From an uncultured Lentisphaerales bacterium (GTDB taxonomy: Bacteria > Verrucomicrobiota > Lentisphaeria > JABSQK01 > UBA12247), in NCBI GenBank assembly GCA_943788985.1, contig CALSSJ010000016.1, positions 1 through 54,547 of the forward strand: a stretch of DNA of 54,547 bases, given 5' to 3'. The stretch's first letter is position 1, and every line of letters starts with the position of its first letter. Made by a program: the position numbers and the translations under genes. Positions 17,743 through 28,942 of this stretch are shown one piece after another. The notes under the pieces are model-generated. The model was not told where the DNA came from, did not search any database, and saw only the letters and a program-made list of their open reading frames with translations.

Positions 17743-19475
17743 CACATGCGCTCCAGCGGTTCCACACCGATCATGTTCAGGCCCCAGGCAATGACGTTTC
17801 CGAGCAGGCCAGCAATGGCGAGACGGCTGTCGCGCACAGCAGGATCGACGCCGTCTTTCCAGACAGGGCAGGCGTTCCACACCCCACTGAAATCTTGTGA
17901 GAGCTCGTAGAGGTGCTGCAGCAGGACGTTCGGCGCGAGCTCGCCGACGACCTGCGGCCAGACGTCGAGCGTGGCGAGCAGCTTCTTGGCCAGCTTCTGC
18001 TCTTGTGGGGTTTCGAGCAGAAACGGGACGGTTCCGACGAGGTTCTGGACGTCGATGCCCCCCTTGGTGCCCAAGGAGCGAGTTCGTGCGTAGGTCATGA
18101 GCAGGTAAACAGCAGTGTTGCCGTCCTTGGACAGCATTTTCTCCCAGCTGAAGCGATAATCGGTACCGACGGCGTGGAGCAGATCTGCGTATTTCACAGA
18201 GGCGATTCCGATGGTTCTGGAGACGGCGGGCAGGTCTTCTTCGGTGAGGTGGTCTGAGCCAAGCTCGCGGGTGACGGTGAACGCCTGCTCTTCGGCCTCT
18301 TGGAGCAGGTCCTTGAGCTTGACGGTGCCGCCAGTACGAGTCTTGAACGGCTTGCCGTCTGCGCCGAGCATCATGCCGAAGCCGACGTGGCGCAAGGCAT
18401 CAGCGGGTGCCCAGCCCATGCGTTCGGCGGTCTGAAATGCTTTGTCAAAGTGCTCGTGTTGGCGGGCATCTGTGACGTAGATGACCTGGTCAGCCTCTTG
18501 GACCTGGATGCGGTGGCGAATGGCCGCGAGGTCGGTGGTGGCGTAGATGTAGCCGCCATCTGATTTCTGCACCAGCATGGGCGTCTCGTAGCCTTCGATA
18601 AAGACGCAGACTGCGCCCTGCGAGATCTCGGCGATCTCAGCCTCCTGAAGGCTATCGACGATTCCCTTCAAGGCATCATTATAAGCAGACTCGCCGCGGT
18701 CTTCGATCTTGATGTCGAGACGCTTGTAGATGGCATGGCAATGGCGCAGCGATTCTTCACAGAAGACGCGCCAGATGGCGAGAATGTCAGGATCGCCAGC
18801 CTGGAGCTCAACGACGACTTTTCGCGCGGCAGTCTTGAATTCGTCGGAGGCGTCGAAGGCAAGCTTGGCCTCCCGGTAGAAGGTCTCAAGGTCGTCAATC
18901 GCAAAGCTGTCTGGCTGCTCAATAGCTTCGGGTTGCGTAGTCCGCAGGTAGTGCAGCAACATGCCAAATTGCGTGCCCCAGTCGCCAACGTGATTCATGC
19001 GCGAGACGGCATGCCCTTCAAACTCGAGGAAGCGGCAGATGCTGTCGCCGATAATGGTGCTGCGCAGATGCCCCACGTGCATCTCTTTGGCCAAGTTGGG
19101 CCCGGAGAAGTCGACCACGATGCTCTGTGGCTCGGCTACAGTAGGTAGTCCGAGGCGCTGGTCTTGGCTCATTTCCTGGAGACAGCTGACGGTTACATCA
19201 GGATTGATCCGCAGATTGATAAAGCCTGGGCCGGCAATCTCGGGTTCGGCGCAGAGGCCTGCGACGTCTAGCGCGGCGACGATGTCCTGGGCGATCTGAC
19301 GAGGTGCCTTGCGCAAGACGCGTGCAAGGCCCATGGCGGCGTTACACTGGAAGTCGCCAAAGTCGGGATTCTGAGTGGGAACAATTAAGGGGAAGGGCAG
19401 TTCCGCATCGGCGGGGAGAAGAGTTCTGAGCGCGGATTCGATCCGGCTGCTGAGCAATGACTTCGGGGATTGCAT
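17742..19475 (-). CDS. argS: Arginine--tRNA ligase
   Basis: FGDFQCNAAM, AGPGFIN, VDFSGPNLAKEMHVGHLRSTIIGD, NHVGDWGTQFG, KSDGGYIYATTDLAA, FKTRTG. Confidence 0.97.
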   Translation of the reverse strand: MQSPKSLLSSRIESALRTLLPADAELPFPLIVPTQNPDFGDFQCNAAMGLARVLRKAPRQIAQDIVAALDVAGLCAEPEIAGPGFINLRINPDVTVSCLQEMSQDQRLGLPTVAEPQSIVVDFSGPNLAKEMHVGHLRSTIIGDSICRFLEFEGHAVSRMNHVGDWGTQFGMLLHYLRTTQPEAIEQPDSFAIDDLETFYREAKLAFDASDEFKTAARKVVVELQAGDPDILAIWRVFCEESLRHCHAIYKRLDIKIEDRGESAYNDALKGIVDSLQEAEIAEISQGAVCVFIEGYETPMLVQKSDGGYIYATTDLAAIRHRIQVQEADQVIYVTDARQHEHFDKAFQTAERMGWAPADALRHVGFGMMLGADGKPFKTRTGGTVKLKDLLQEAEEQAFTVTRELGSDHLTEEDLPAVSRTIGIASVKYADLLHAVGTDYRFSWEKMLSKDGNTAVYLLMTYARTRSLGTKGGIDVQNLVGTVPFLLETPQEQKLAKKLLATLDVWPQVVGELAPNVLLQHLYELSQDFSGVWNACPVWKDGVDPAVRDSRLAIAGLLGNVIAWGLNMIGVEPLERM

Positions 19476-19581
19476 AGAAGTAGGAACCTGTGGGGCGCGC
19501 CTGGAAGGGGGAGAATCTCTCCAGCAAAATCATGCATCAGGCGCGGTGCCGTCCGACGGGTTTTGCGGAGTCCGCAAAAAG

Positions 19582-19658
<77 letters not shown>

Positions 19659-19903
19659 ACATCGGAAAGGCGGGTACAATGCGTAATAGCGGCAGGATTG
19701 CAAGGCTGTCGGTCGGTTGATTTAGGCAGCGAATCTGTAATTTCGTGCAGCAAACTCGTTGGAGTTCACCGCTTTCACTGTGCGACATGCTGGATGCGAG
19801 TGCGCGCGTAGCACATCTAAAGCTGCTAATTGCAACGGGTTATGAACTTAGGCTGTGCTAAACTCGGAGGAAATTTGGAGCGCCGCCAATGTTTAGTCAA
19901 GAA

Positions 19904-20344
19904 TTAGTCTGAGCCGACGCGGTCGTAGATGACTTGGGCATCGGCGACGCGAAGCGGGAAGGGGGCCGCGTCACTGCGGAAGTTGAAGACGGCTTGCTCG
20001 ACGCCGAAGCCGCCGAGCTTGGCGATGTACGGGACGGCATCGGGAACGCGCACAGAGAACATGTGACAGCTGCCATCCTCGTCTTCATAGTCGAGCGCCT
20101 TGGCGCAGGCCACCAGTTCAGCCTGGTCGGTAAAGATGAGCAGGCTGATCTCGCCGTCGACGGAGCCGAGTTGGGGCTTGTCGGGCATTTCGGCATCTGC
20201 GAGGAAGTGCCAGACTGGAAGTTTGAAGACGTGTTCGTAGATGGCGGAAAGGGCGCTTTCGTCCTTGGCCGCAGTCGCGGCGAGCACGATGTCGTTGAAG
20301 TTCTCCGGCAAGGCGCGGGAGGGGCGAGGCTCCGGGGTAGTCAT
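19904..20344 (-). CDS. Hypothetical protein, weakly SseB-like
   Basis: 146 aa from ATG 20344, 10 nt after the dinG stop; LLIFTD and AVFN motifs. The upstream extension in the ORF track overlaps dinG. Confidence 0.65.
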   Translation of the reverse strand: MTTPEPRPSRALPENFNDIVLAATAAKDESALSAIYEHVFKLPVWHFLADAEMPDKPQLGSVDGEISLLIFTDQAELVACAKALDYEDEDGSCHMFSVRVPDAVPYIAKLGGFGVEQAVFNFRSDAAPFPLRVADAQVIYDRVGSD

Positions 20345-20354
20345 GGCTAGGGCC

Positions 20355-22412
20355 TTATGATTCGATACGAGGACAGGCGGGAATTCCGGCCAGGAAACCG
20401 GCCCCGTACGAGGATTGGACAATGCGCGGGTCAAGCACGACGAGAATGCCGGTATCATTGCGTGAGCGAATGAGACGGCCGACGCCTTGGCGAAATTTAA
20501 GAATGGCTTCGGGGAGGAAGTAGTCGCGGAAGGAATTGCCTCCGCTTTGGTCGATCCGGTTTTTGCGGGCAGCCATGAGCGGATGGCTGGGGACGGAGAA
20601 GGGCAGTTTGACAATAATGACGTTACTGAGGGACGCCCCGGGGACGTCGACGCCGGTCCAGAAGCTATCGGTGCCAAAGAGCACAGAGTTGACATCATCC
20701 CGAAAAGCTTGCAGCATTTTTCCACGCTGCATGCCCTCTCCTTGGACAAAGAGTTGGATGCCCTGGCCTTCGAGCTTTTCGCGGAGCTGATCGGCGATAT
20801 CACGCATGAGGCGATAGCTGGTGAAAAGGACGAAGGCTTTGCCTTTGGTCAGGGCGAGGTAGTGGTCCACCAGCTCGACGACGGCGCTGGAGTAGTCGGG
20901 CGCGCCTGGCCGCGGGAGCTGACGATGGGGCAGGTGGAGGGTGACTTGCTTCTGGAAGTCGAAGGGGGTGTCGAGAATGAGCTGGGTTGCGGTGTCCGCA
21001 CCGAGACGCTGGCGGAAGTAGTCGACATTGCCGTTTACCGCAAAGGTGGCGCTGGTGAGCACGACTGGGGTTTGGCGGCTGAAGAGGTCGCGGCGCAAGA
21101 TCGAGGCGACGTCAATGGGCGCGACGTTCATCACGATGTTGTCGCGTTTGTGGCCGGACATTTCGAACCAGTAGACGTGCTCGGCTGCGTGCATGGAGAG
21201 GAAAGTTTCCATCACGTTTCGCATGGCCTCGATGCGAGTCGCGAGCGCGTTCAACTCCATGCGCGCTTCATCTTCTTCGTCGAGCTTGTCGGCCATCCGA
21301 GTGAGCGAGAACTGGAGGTTTCTCCAGGCATTCTCGCAATGGTTCGGGATGTGGTCCGGCGTGGTGTAGGTGAGTGGATTCTGGTCTTGCTGTTCGATCC
21401 ACATGCGCAGCCGGGTGAAGAAGCTGTCGGTGGCATGACGGGCTTCGTCGAGGGTGTCTCGGATGGGTGCGAAGTCCGCACGGGCCAGAATGCCGCGGTT
21501 GGAGCTTGGGTTATAGAGGCGATTGAAGAGGTAGAAGACGCCGAGGGCGGAGAGCTTGAGGCCGAGGTGGTTGGCCGCGGCATCTTCGAAGCAATGGGCT
21601 TCGTCGAGGACAACGCCGGCGTATTCGGGGAGAAGGCCAACTTCTTCTTCGCGTTTGATGGCGAGATCGACGCAGAACATGGCGTGATTTGCGATGATGA
21701 TGTCAGCGCTGAAGAGGCGCCGGCGAGCGGCGCGGAAGAAGCAGACTTCGTCACCATTGTCGTTGCCCCCGCGGGGGCAGGTGCCAGCCTCGCTGCAAAC
21801 GGCGGCCCAGGCAGCACGGTTGGGGACAAAGGGCAGATCAGTCTTGGCCCCAATGGTGGAGGAGCGCGCCCACTCGGCGATGCGCGCAGCCTCGGGCGTG
21901 AGGTCGGCAGAGGGGAGGTATTGGTCGTCGAAGCTGATGGCGTTATTGAGCCGGTGCAGACAGACGTAGTTGGCGCGGCCCATGGCGACTGCGGCACGAA
22001 TGGGGCGATCGAGAATCTTCTCCAGTAGGGGAATATCCCGCTGAATGAGCTGCTCTTGCAGGGCAATGGTGTGGGTAGCGATGATGAAGGGGCGACGCAG
22101 TTTCTGCGCAGCAAGCACGGCCGGAATGAGGTAGGCAAAGCTCTTGCCGACGCCGGTCGGGGCCTCGATAAAGGCATGGTGCTTTTCTTCGAACGCCTCC
22201 GCAACTGCCACGGCCATCTGACGCTGCTGAGGACGCTCTTCGTACTCGCGGCCCCCGAGCTCACCGGCTTTTCGTAAGGGAGAGTTGGCCCCGAAGATGT
22301 TATCAACAGACTCTTGAAGCTGATAGAGCGGGCCGTATGCCTGCTCGTCCTCGCTGGATTCTTCCAGGAACTCGTTGAGTGTTTCCCCCCAACGGTCGGC
22401 TGGCATGATCAT
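20355..22412 (-). CDS. dinG: DinG/YoaA family Fe-S DNA helicase
   Basis: Q motif ERPQQ, EAPTGVGKSFAYL, ATHTIALQEQL, GRANYVC with Fe-S cysteines, DEAH, TSAT, LFTSY, FWTGVDVPG, QGVGRLIR. Confidence 0.9.
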   Translation of the reverse strand: MIMPADRWGETLNEFLEESSEDEQAYGPLYQLQESVDNIFGANSPLRKAGELGGREYEERPQQRQMAVAVAEAFEEKHHAFIEAPTGVGKSFAYLIPAVLAAQKLRRPFIIATHTIALQEQLIQRDIPLLEKILDRPIRAAVAMGRANYVCLHRLNNAISFDDQYLPSADLTPEAARIAEWARSSTIGAKTDLPFVPNRAAWAAVCSEAGTCPRGGNDNGDEVCFFRAARRRLFSADIIIANHAMFCVDLAIKREEEVGLLPEYAGVVLDEAHCFEDAAANHLGLKLSALGVFYLFNRLYNPSSNRGILARADFAPIRDTLDEARHATDSFFTRLRMWIEQQDQNPLTYTTPDHIPNHCENAWRNLQFSLTRMADKLDEEDEARMELNALATRIEAMRNVMETFLSMHAAEHVYWFEMSGHKRDNIVMNVAPIDVASILRRDLFSRQTPVVLTSATFAVNGNVDYFRQRLGADTATQLILDTPFDFQKQVTLHLPHRQLPRPGAPDYSSAVVELVDHYLALTKGKAFVLFTSYRLMRDIADQLREKLEGQGIQLFVQGEGMQRGKMLQAFRDDVNSVLFGTDSFWTGVDVPGASLSNVIIVKLPFSVPSHPLMAARKNRIDQSGGNSFRDYFLPEAILKFRQGVGRLIRSRNDTGILVVLDPRIVQSSYGAGFLAGIPACPRIES

Positions 22413-22424
22413 CGGGGCATCAGA

Positions 22425-23204
22425 TCAAGAGCAGTCGCAGGAAAAGCAGCTTTTGACGCGCTGGATGAGGAAGTCACGGTTTAGCGCGGCAATGTTGGTC
22501 ATCTTGATCTGCTTGGGGCAGGCTGCTTCGCATTCGCCTTCGTTGGTGCAGTTTCCGAAGCCTGCAGCGTCGTGGGCTTGGACCATGTTGTAGGCTCGCT
22601 CAAGGCGCTCTGGCTTGCCCTGCGGCAGGGTGTTCAGGTGAACCACCTTGGCGGAGACAAAGAGCATGGCAGACGCGTTCTTGCAGGCAGCGACACAGGC
22701 ACCGCAGCCAATGCAGGCGGCGGCATCCATGGCTACCTCGGCCTGAGGCAGGGGGATAGGCGTGGAGTTTGCGTCAACCTTGACGCCGGTGCGAACGCTG
22801 ACATAGCCGCCAGCTTGAATGATGTCATCGAAGCCAGAGCGATCGACCATGAGGTCTTTGATAATTGGGAAGCCGGTGGCGCGCCATGGCTCAATGGTAA
22901 TGGTGTCTCCGTCATTGAAGGAGCGCATGTGCAACTGACAGGTGGTCATTCCGTCGCCGGGGCCGTGAGGCTTGCCGTTGATGAAGAGGTTACAGGAACC
23001 GCAGATTCCTTCTCGACAATCGGACTCGAAGGTCACGGGCTCTTTGCCTTCGCCTTCGAGCTTGTTGTTGAGCACGTCGAGCATCTCGAGGAAGGACATG
23101 TGGGGGCTGATGTCCGAGACCTGGTGGGTTTCGAACGAGCCGGCAATGTTGACTGAGGGTTGGCGCCAGATGCGCAGAGTCAGGGAATAAGCTTCGGCAC
23201 TCAT
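22425..23204 (-). CDS. sdhB: Succinate dehydrogenase/fumarate reductase iron-sulfur subunit
   Basis: [39 protein letters not shown]. Confidence 0.95.
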   Translation of the reverse strand: MSAEAYSLTLRIWRQPSVNIAGSFETHQVSDISPHMSFLEMLDVLNNKLEGEGKEPVTFESDCREGICGSCNLFINGKPHGPGDGMTTCQLHMRSFNDGDTITIEPWRATGFPIIKDLMVDRSGFDDIIQAGGYVSVRTGVKVDANSTPIPLPQAEVAMDAAACIGCGACVAACKNASAMLFVSAKVVHLNTLPQGKPERLERAYNMVQAHDAAGFGNCTNEGECEAACPKQIKMTNIAALNRDFLIQRVKSCFSCDCS

Positions 23205-25114
23205 TTGTAGCTCCTTGTGGAAGGCTTGACCACTTCGTACTCGAGGATCTCTTTGTGCAGGGTCTGCGGGGTATCCGGGCCATTGTAGTCCCAGGCCGCG
23301 ACGTACATGTAGTCGTCGTCATCGCGCTTGGCAGCGCCTTCTTCGGTCTGGTGCTCGGTGCGGAAATGACCGCCGCAAGATTCTTCGCGGTTGAGGGCAT
23401 CGCGGCACATTAGCTCGCCAAGCTCGAAGAAGTCGGCGACGCGGCCCGCACGTTCGAGGGTCTGGTTTACGTCTTTTCCAGAACCGGGGATGTTGACAGT
23501 GGCATGAAATTCCTCGCGGAGGGCGGGGATTTCCTTGATGGCCTGTTCGAGGCCTGCTTTGTCGCGGGTCATGCCGCAGCGATCCCACATGATCTTGCCG
23601 AGGGAACGATGCAGGTCATCGACGGTGCGCTTGCCTTTGCAATCGAGCATCTTCTGGGTCTTTTCCTTGGCGTCATTGACTGCGTCGGAGAAGGCCGCAT
23701 GTGAGTGATCAACGGTGGTGTTGAGGAAACCAGCGAGGTAATCACAGACGGTGTTCGGGATGACGAAATAGCCGTCTGCCAGCCCTTGCATGAGGGCGCT
23801 CGCTCCGAGGCGGTTCGCACCATGATCGGAGAAGTTTGCTTCGCCGAGGACGAAAAGCCCGGGGACGGTGCTCATGAGGTTGTAGTCCACCCAGAGCCCG
23901 CCCATGGTGTAATGGGGTGCCGGATAGATTTTCATGGGGGTCTGGTAGGGATCATCACCGCTGATGCGCCCGTACATTTCGAAGAGGTTTCCGTAGCGTG
24001 TTTCTACGGCATCGCGACCAAGGCGACTGATGGCTTCGGCAAAGTCGAGATAGACGGCGTTTCCGGTCTGGCCAAGGCCGTAGCCCTCGTCACAGACGGC
24101 CTTGGCGGCCCGGCTGGCGATATCGCGTGGTACGAGATTGCCGAAGGCTGGATAAATGCGCTCTAGGTAGTAGTCGCGATCGCTCTCGGGAATGTCCTTG
24201 GGGGCGCGCGTCTCGTCCTTCTTTTTGGGGACCCAAACCCGACCATCGTTGCGCAGGGACTCGCTCATGAGGGTGAGCTTACTCTGGTGGTCGCCTGCTT
24301 GCGGAATGCAGGTGGGATGGATCTGTGTGTAGCAGGGATTTGCGAACATCGCACCCTTGCGGTGACAACGCCAGCCCGCGGTGACGTTACAGCCACGGCC
24401 ATTGGTTGAGAGGAAGTAGACGTTGGAATAGCCGCCGGTGCAGAGCAAAACGGTGTGCGCTGAATGGGAGCTAATCTCGCCCGTCAGCAAGTTTCTGGTG
24501 ACAATACCGCGCGCATGGCCGTCGACGACGACGAGTTCGAGCATCTCGTGACGATTGTACATGGTGACGGTGCCCGCTTTGATCTGACGCGAGAGGGCGC
24601 TGTAGGCACCGAGCAAGAGCTGCTGGCCGGTTTGGCCGCGAGCGTAGAATGTGCGAGAGACCTGGGCGCCGCCAAAGGAGCGGTTGGCCAACAGTCCGCC
24701 ATATTCGCGGGCAAAGGGGACACCTTGGGCTACGCATTGATCGATGATGTTTACGCTGACTTCGGCGAGCCGGTGGACGTTTGCCTCGCGGGAACGGAAG
24801 TCACCGCCCTTTACGGTGTCGTAGAACAGCCGATGCACGCTGTCGCCGTCATTCTGGTAGTTCTTGGCAGCGTTGATTCCGCCCTGGGCAGCGATGCTGT
24901 GCGCGCGCCGCGGGCTGTCGTGAATGGTAAAGGCCTTGACGTTGTAGCCAAGTTCACCAAGTGAGGCAGCTGCTGCTGCACCGGCGAGGCCGGTGCCCAC
25001 GACGATTACGTCGAATTTTCGCTTGTTGGCTGGGTTGACGAGCTGGTTCTTGAACTTGGCGCTCTCCCACTTTTTATCGAGCGGGCCATCAGGAATGCGG
25101 GGGTCGAGAGTCAT
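23201..25114 (-). CDS. sdhA: Succinate dehydrogenase/fumarate reductase flavoprotein subunit
   Basis: [22 protein letters not shown] (FAD-His), [30 protein letters not shown]. Start set to ATG 25114 (ATGA overlap with sdhC). Confidence 0.96.
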   Translation of the reverse strand: MTLDPRIPDGPLDKKWESAKFKNQLVNPANKRKFDVIVVGTGLAGAAAAASLGELGYNVKAFTIHDSPRRAHSIAAQGGINAAKNYQNDGDSVHRLFYDTVKGGDFRSREANVHRLAEVSVNIIDQCVAQGVPFAREYGGLLANRSFGGAQVSRTFYARGQTGQQLLLGAYSALSRQIKAGTVTMYNRHEMLELVVVDGHARGIVTRNLLTGEISSHSAHTVLLCTGGYSNVYFLSTNGRGCNVTAGWRCHRKGAMFANPCYTQIHPTCIPQAGDHQSKLTLMSESLRNDGRVWVPKKKDETRAPKDIPESDRDYYLERIYPAFGNLVPRDIASRAAKAVCDEGYGLGQTGNAVYLDFAEAISRLGRDAVETRYGNLFEMYGRISGDDPYQTPMKIYPAPHYTMGGLWVDYNLMSTVPGLFVLGEANFSDHGANRLGASALMQGLADGYFVIPNTVCDYLAGFLNTTVDHSHAAFSDAVNDAKEKTQKMLDCKGKRTVDDLHRSLGKIMWDRCGMTRDKAGLEQAIKEIPALREEFHATVNIPGSGKDVNQTLERAGRVADFFELGELMCRDALNREESCGGHFRTEHQTEEGAAKRDDDDYMYVAAWDYNGPDTPQTLHKEILEYEVVKPSTRSYK

Positions 25115-25830
25115 GGTATCACCTCCGTGGCGGGGACTTCGCAGGTGGGCGCGCTCGAACTCGAACACTTGCAAAAGCCAAAAGTAACGGGGAAACTGCA
25201 GAAACCAATGGTGAAGAAGATCGCCAGGGCCCAAGAGGCTTTTACGGCAAGCTGAGTATAGCGCTCATGACTGAGGCCGAGGGTGCGCAGGGCGCTCTGG
25301 CCGGCATGGGCAATGTGCAAGCCCATGCAGCACATCGCGATGATGTAGAACAGCGAGTAAAGCGGGTTGCTGAAGGCCAGCAGCACAGTGCCATACAGAT
25401 CGCGTACTTCGCCGCCACCGTTGGCGAGGGTGTGGGTTCCGGATGCCCCGTACTTGAAGGTCACGAGATGCAGGATCAGAAACACGAGAATAACGGTGCC
25501 ACTTACAGCCATGGTCTTGGACATCAAGGTGCCCTTGCCGAGGCGCTTTTTCTGATCGTAGCCCTGGCGGCGAGCCGCTCGGTTCTCCAACGTTACTCTG
25601 ACTCCCATCACGATGTGCGCGAGGAAAATACAGACCAGGATGAGTTCAGCCGGGTAGAGGAGGATCCGGTTTTCGGTCAACTTGTGGGCATAGAGATTGA
25701 AGGCATCAGCGCCGACATAGAGGAGTAGATTACCGGTAAGATGAGCGAGAAGAAAGCCAATGATGAGAACGCCCGAGATGGCCATCACCACTTTTTTGGC
25801 GATGGAGGCATGTGGCACAAGACCTGCCAT
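25111..25830 (-). CDS. sdhC: Succinate dehydrogenase cytochrome b558 subunit (single anchor, four His)
   Basis: [47 protein letters not shown] before ATG 25830. Confidence 0.92.
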   Translation of the reverse strand: MAGLVPHASIAKKVVMAISGVLIIGFLLAHLTGNLLLYVGADAFNLYAHKLTENRILLYPAELILVCIFLAHIVMGVRVTLENRAARRQGYDQKKRLGKGTLMSKTMAVSGTVILVFLILHLVTFKYGASGTHTLANGGGEVRDLYGTVLLAFSNPLYSLFYIIAMCCMGLHIAHAGQSALRTLGLSHERYTQLAVKASWALAIFFTIGFCSFPVTFGFCKCSSSSAPTCEVPATEVIP

Positions 25831-25975
25831 GATGAAAAGCTCCGCAGTTATGTGTAATTTGCTCGTCTGTATTAGCCGACAAGAGATCAGCCAAGGCAAA
25901 ACCGTAGGAGCCCGCGCGAACACTACTAATCGCGCCGGCATGATTGCGACACTACTCGCGGGAAGTGTGCGAAGG

Positions 25976-28942
25976 TCAGGGGCAGACGATTTTAATGTCT
26001 TTCAAGTGGCCGCGGCTATCCGAGACTTGGCTGAGATTTGGCAACGGCTTCAGCACGCAAGGATCTAGGTGCACGGGAACCTTGGCCTTCACCAGCGTCT
26101 TGCAGGAAAGGAGCGACGTGAGGGCCGTGATGCGCTTACACCGAATAAGGCTGATCTCTGCCAACGGCAAGGTGCCCAGAATGGCGATGTCTGCTACAGC
26201 TGTATTTTCAATGCTGAGCGTTTGGATGGGGAGGCCCGTGAGCGCTGCCAAGTCTGAAATGCGGGTATTGTCTGCGGATAGACGAAGCAGGGGTGCCCCT
26301 AGAAGTGGTGCCAGGCTGGTGATCTTGGTGTCATCGACATAGAGTGTGGAAAGCTTGGAGCCTTGTAGGCCGTTCAGTGATCTGACGTGGGTGAGGTCTG
26401 CGTACAGCTGTGTAAGCGGGACTCCCACCAGAGCCTTGAGGCTGCTGACGCTGTTCTGGCCGACATTGAGGTACTCTAAGGTGGTATTTCCGGCCAGAGG
26501 GGCGAGATCGGTCACCCGCGTTTTGCGGACATTCAGGTGCGTGAGAGGGGTTCCGCGCAACGGGCTCAGATCGCGAACTTGGGAGCGATTGATGCGCAGA
26601 TCTCTAAGGGGAACACCTCTGAGTGGGCCGATGTCCGCAAGTAACGTGTATTCCGCGTTTAAGACGGTGAGGGTGGTGTTTCCTGCCAGAGCGGCGAGGT
26701 CCCTTACCTTTGTCTTTTTGAGTTGGAGCTCCTGAATGGGGGCGTCTTTAAGTGCGGATATGTCAGCAAGTGCGGAGTCTTCAGCGAACAGCGTTTTGAG
26801 CTGGCTGACGTCAATTCCGTTCAACGAGCTCAGGGGTGTCTCTTCCAGGTGAAGTTCGATGAGCTGGGCATTCTTGAGTGGCGCAAGATCCGTCACCTCA
26901 GTCTTGTTGAGGTTGAGCCAACTTAATTTCATCTTGGCAAGCGGAGAAAGGTCACTGACGCTGGTCCCCTCCAGCGAGAGGTCGTTGATCGGGACATTCT
27001 CCAACGCACTGATATCCACAATGCGCCCTTGATTGCGGAATAGCTCGAGCGTGACGCGGCCCGTTGATCCTTGGACGGGGTAGAGGGCCTTGAGCTCGCC
27101 CGCCCCTATCCCGTTATCAGCTTCAAGTCGCGTAATAGCTACCTTGAGATCGCGCTCAATGACGCGGACCACTTCCGGCTCCAGGTACTCACCCACGCTG
27201 AAGGATTGGGAAGAGGAATGGTCAATGTGTTCCAGAAACTGATCGGCCAACCGTTGGTCCAAAGCACGAATTTTGTTGGCGATGCTGTGCAGTTGTCGGC
27301 CATCCAGAGTGCGTTTGTTGCTAATCCAGACGGGGAGAAATTCGTCAACGATAGCGCGATACTGCGCGACATCAGCAAGTAAGGCGCTGTCATCTTTGGC
27401 CAAGGCTTCGGCTATTTTGAAATTCGACTGCGCTTGATCAAGCTGGAGAAAGGCCATCTGACAGCGCGCTTTGACAAAGCTGCCGCGTGGATTGTCTGGC
27501 CGGAGCTCGAGTGAGGAGGTAACGTTTCGCAGCGCTGTATCCCACTTTCCTTCTTGGATTGCCTCTTCGGCTTCCTCGACCATCCTAGGGGCAATGGCTC
27601 TGATCAGCTTCTCTCTCTCTACCTCACTTTTTTCAATCTCTTCTAAGGCCCCTATGAGGCTCGCATTCTTGCCATTGAGATTGATGATGAAGAAAGCAGT
27701 CATGAGGATCGCGATGATGAGGGCGATGCAGATGAAAATGGATTCGCGCTTGTGACGCTTCAAGGTGAGCGTGAGCAACCGCAAGGGTGAGGCCGATTCG
27801 GCACTGGTAGCAAAGCCAGTTTGATACTTGAAGATGTCCTCTTGCAGTTCCTTGACGGTCTGGTAGCGATCATTGGGGTCGAAGGACATGGCTTTCATCG
27901 CTACAGCCGCGGTCGCCTCCGGGACTCGGTTCTCCGGGCAATGGTGAAGAATTATTCCGTCGGGGTACACAATCTCACCTTTGCTATCCCGACGCGGGTT
28001 GTAGATATTTGGATTAGGTATGTAACCTTTATTAATTTTTTCTACCATTTCTTTGAGATTTGCGCCTTCGATCGGAGCGCGCAGGCAGAGCAAATCGTAG
28101 AGCACGCCACCGAGCGAATAGATGTCGGTCCGCTTGTCCAATTCACTTATTTTTCCGGCGGCCTGCTCTGGGGGCATGTAGTTCGGCGTGCCCAGAATCT
28201 GGCCTTCGAGGGTCCGCTGGTTGGCCATAGATTGGCGAGCTGGTATCCTGTTCACGGCCTCTTCGAGAGACACACCGTCTTCCTCAATCATGCCGCTGAG
28301 CATAGCCTTATCACCGACGACTTTGGCCAGCCCCCAGTCCATGAGCAGCACTTCACCGAAGTCACCGATCATCACATTGTCAGGCTTCAGATCCCGATGA
28401 ATCACACCACGGGAGTGGGCAAAGGCGACGGCGTCGCAGACTTTCGCAAAGACGGTAAGCAGACGACTGATGGGATATTTGTCGATGATCTCGTGCCGAT
28501 GCTCGCGAACCCCCTTAATAACGTCGAGAAGGGTGACACCTTCGACCATTTTCATGGTGTAGTAGATTCGGCCGCTGTCACTCACGCCGAGTTCATGCAC
28601 CGGAACGATGTTTGGATGCTCGAGCTGCCCGGTGATCTGGGCTTCCTCGATAAAGCGGAGGAGCTGCTTATCGGTCGGGTTCTCGGAGGTGAGCACTTTC
28701 ATTGCTGTGACGCGGCGAATATTGACGTCGCGGGCTGCTAGAATCATGCCCATGCCACCGCGAGCCAGTGCTTCTTCCACCACAAAGCGATCTGCGGCAG
28801 AAAGGTCGGCAGGGTCTGGGCCACCATGGTCGATCTGAACGCCGCCCCGGAGCCCCTGCATTTCCATGTAGGTGTTGACGTTTATGTCCCCGGCTCGGAA
28901 CACGGCGTCAATATCAAACGTGTCTTGCCGGTTCGGGCTCAA
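25976..28942 (-). CDS. Hanks-type Ser/Thr kinase with TM helix, TPR segment and C-terminal leucine-rich repeats
   Basis: ARGGMG, HPNIVPVH, HRDLKPDN, DWGLAK, GTPNYMPPEQ; TM IFICIALIIAILMTAFFII; TPR-like helices; ~15 LRRs of ~22 aa (LxxLxLxxTxVxDLxPL). Confidence 0.92.
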   Translation of the reverse strand: MSPNRQDTFDIDAVFRAGDINVNTYMEMQGLRGGVQIDHGGPDPADLSAADRFVVEEALARGGMGMILAARDVNIRRVTAMKVLTSENPTDKQLLRFIEEAQITGQLEHPNIVPVHELGVSDSGRIYYTMKMVEGVTLLDVIKGVREHRHEIIDKYPISRLLTVFAKVCDAVAFAHSRGVIHRDLKPDNVMIGDFGEVLLMDWGLAKVVGDKAMLSGMIEEDGVSLEEAVNRIPARQSMANQRTLEGQILGTPNYMPPEQAAGKISELDKRTDIYSLGGVLYDLLCLRAPIEGANLKEMVEKINKGYIPNPNIYNPRRDSKGEIVYPDGIILHHCPENRVPEATAAVAMKAMSFDPNDRYQTVKELQEDIFKYQTGFATSAESASPLRLLTLTLKRHKRESIFICIALIIAILMTAFFIINLNGKNASLIGALEEIEKSEVEREKLIRAIAPRMVEEAEEAIQEGKWDTALRNVTSSLELRPDNPRGSFVKARCQMAFLQLDQAQSNFKIAEALAKDDSALLADVAQYRAIVDEFLPVWISNKRTLDGRQLHSIANKIRALDQRLADQFLEHIDHSSSQSFSVGEYLEPEVVRVIERDLKVAITRLEADNGIGAGELKALYPVQGSTGRVTLELFRNQGRIVDISALENVPINDLSLEGTSVSDLSPLAKMKLSWLNLNKTEVTDLAPLKNAQLIELHLEETPLSSLNGIDVSQLKTLFAEDSALADISALKDAPIQELQLKKTKVRDLAALAGNTTLTVLNAEYTLLADIGPLRGVPLRDLRINRSQVRDLSPLRGTPLTHLNVRKTRVTDLAPLAGNTTLEYLNVGQNSVSSLKALVGVPLTQLYADLTHVRSLNGLQGSKLSTLYVDDTKITSLAPLLGAPLLRLSADNTRISDLAALTGLPIQTLSIENTAVADIAILGTLPLAEISLIRCKRITALTSLLSCKTLVKAKVPVHLDPCVLKPLPNLSQVSDSRGHLKDIKIVCP

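Noticed and set aside
25916..25956. ACACTACT direct repeat upstream of sdhC
   Set aside because: Only 8 bp twice; compatible with chance.
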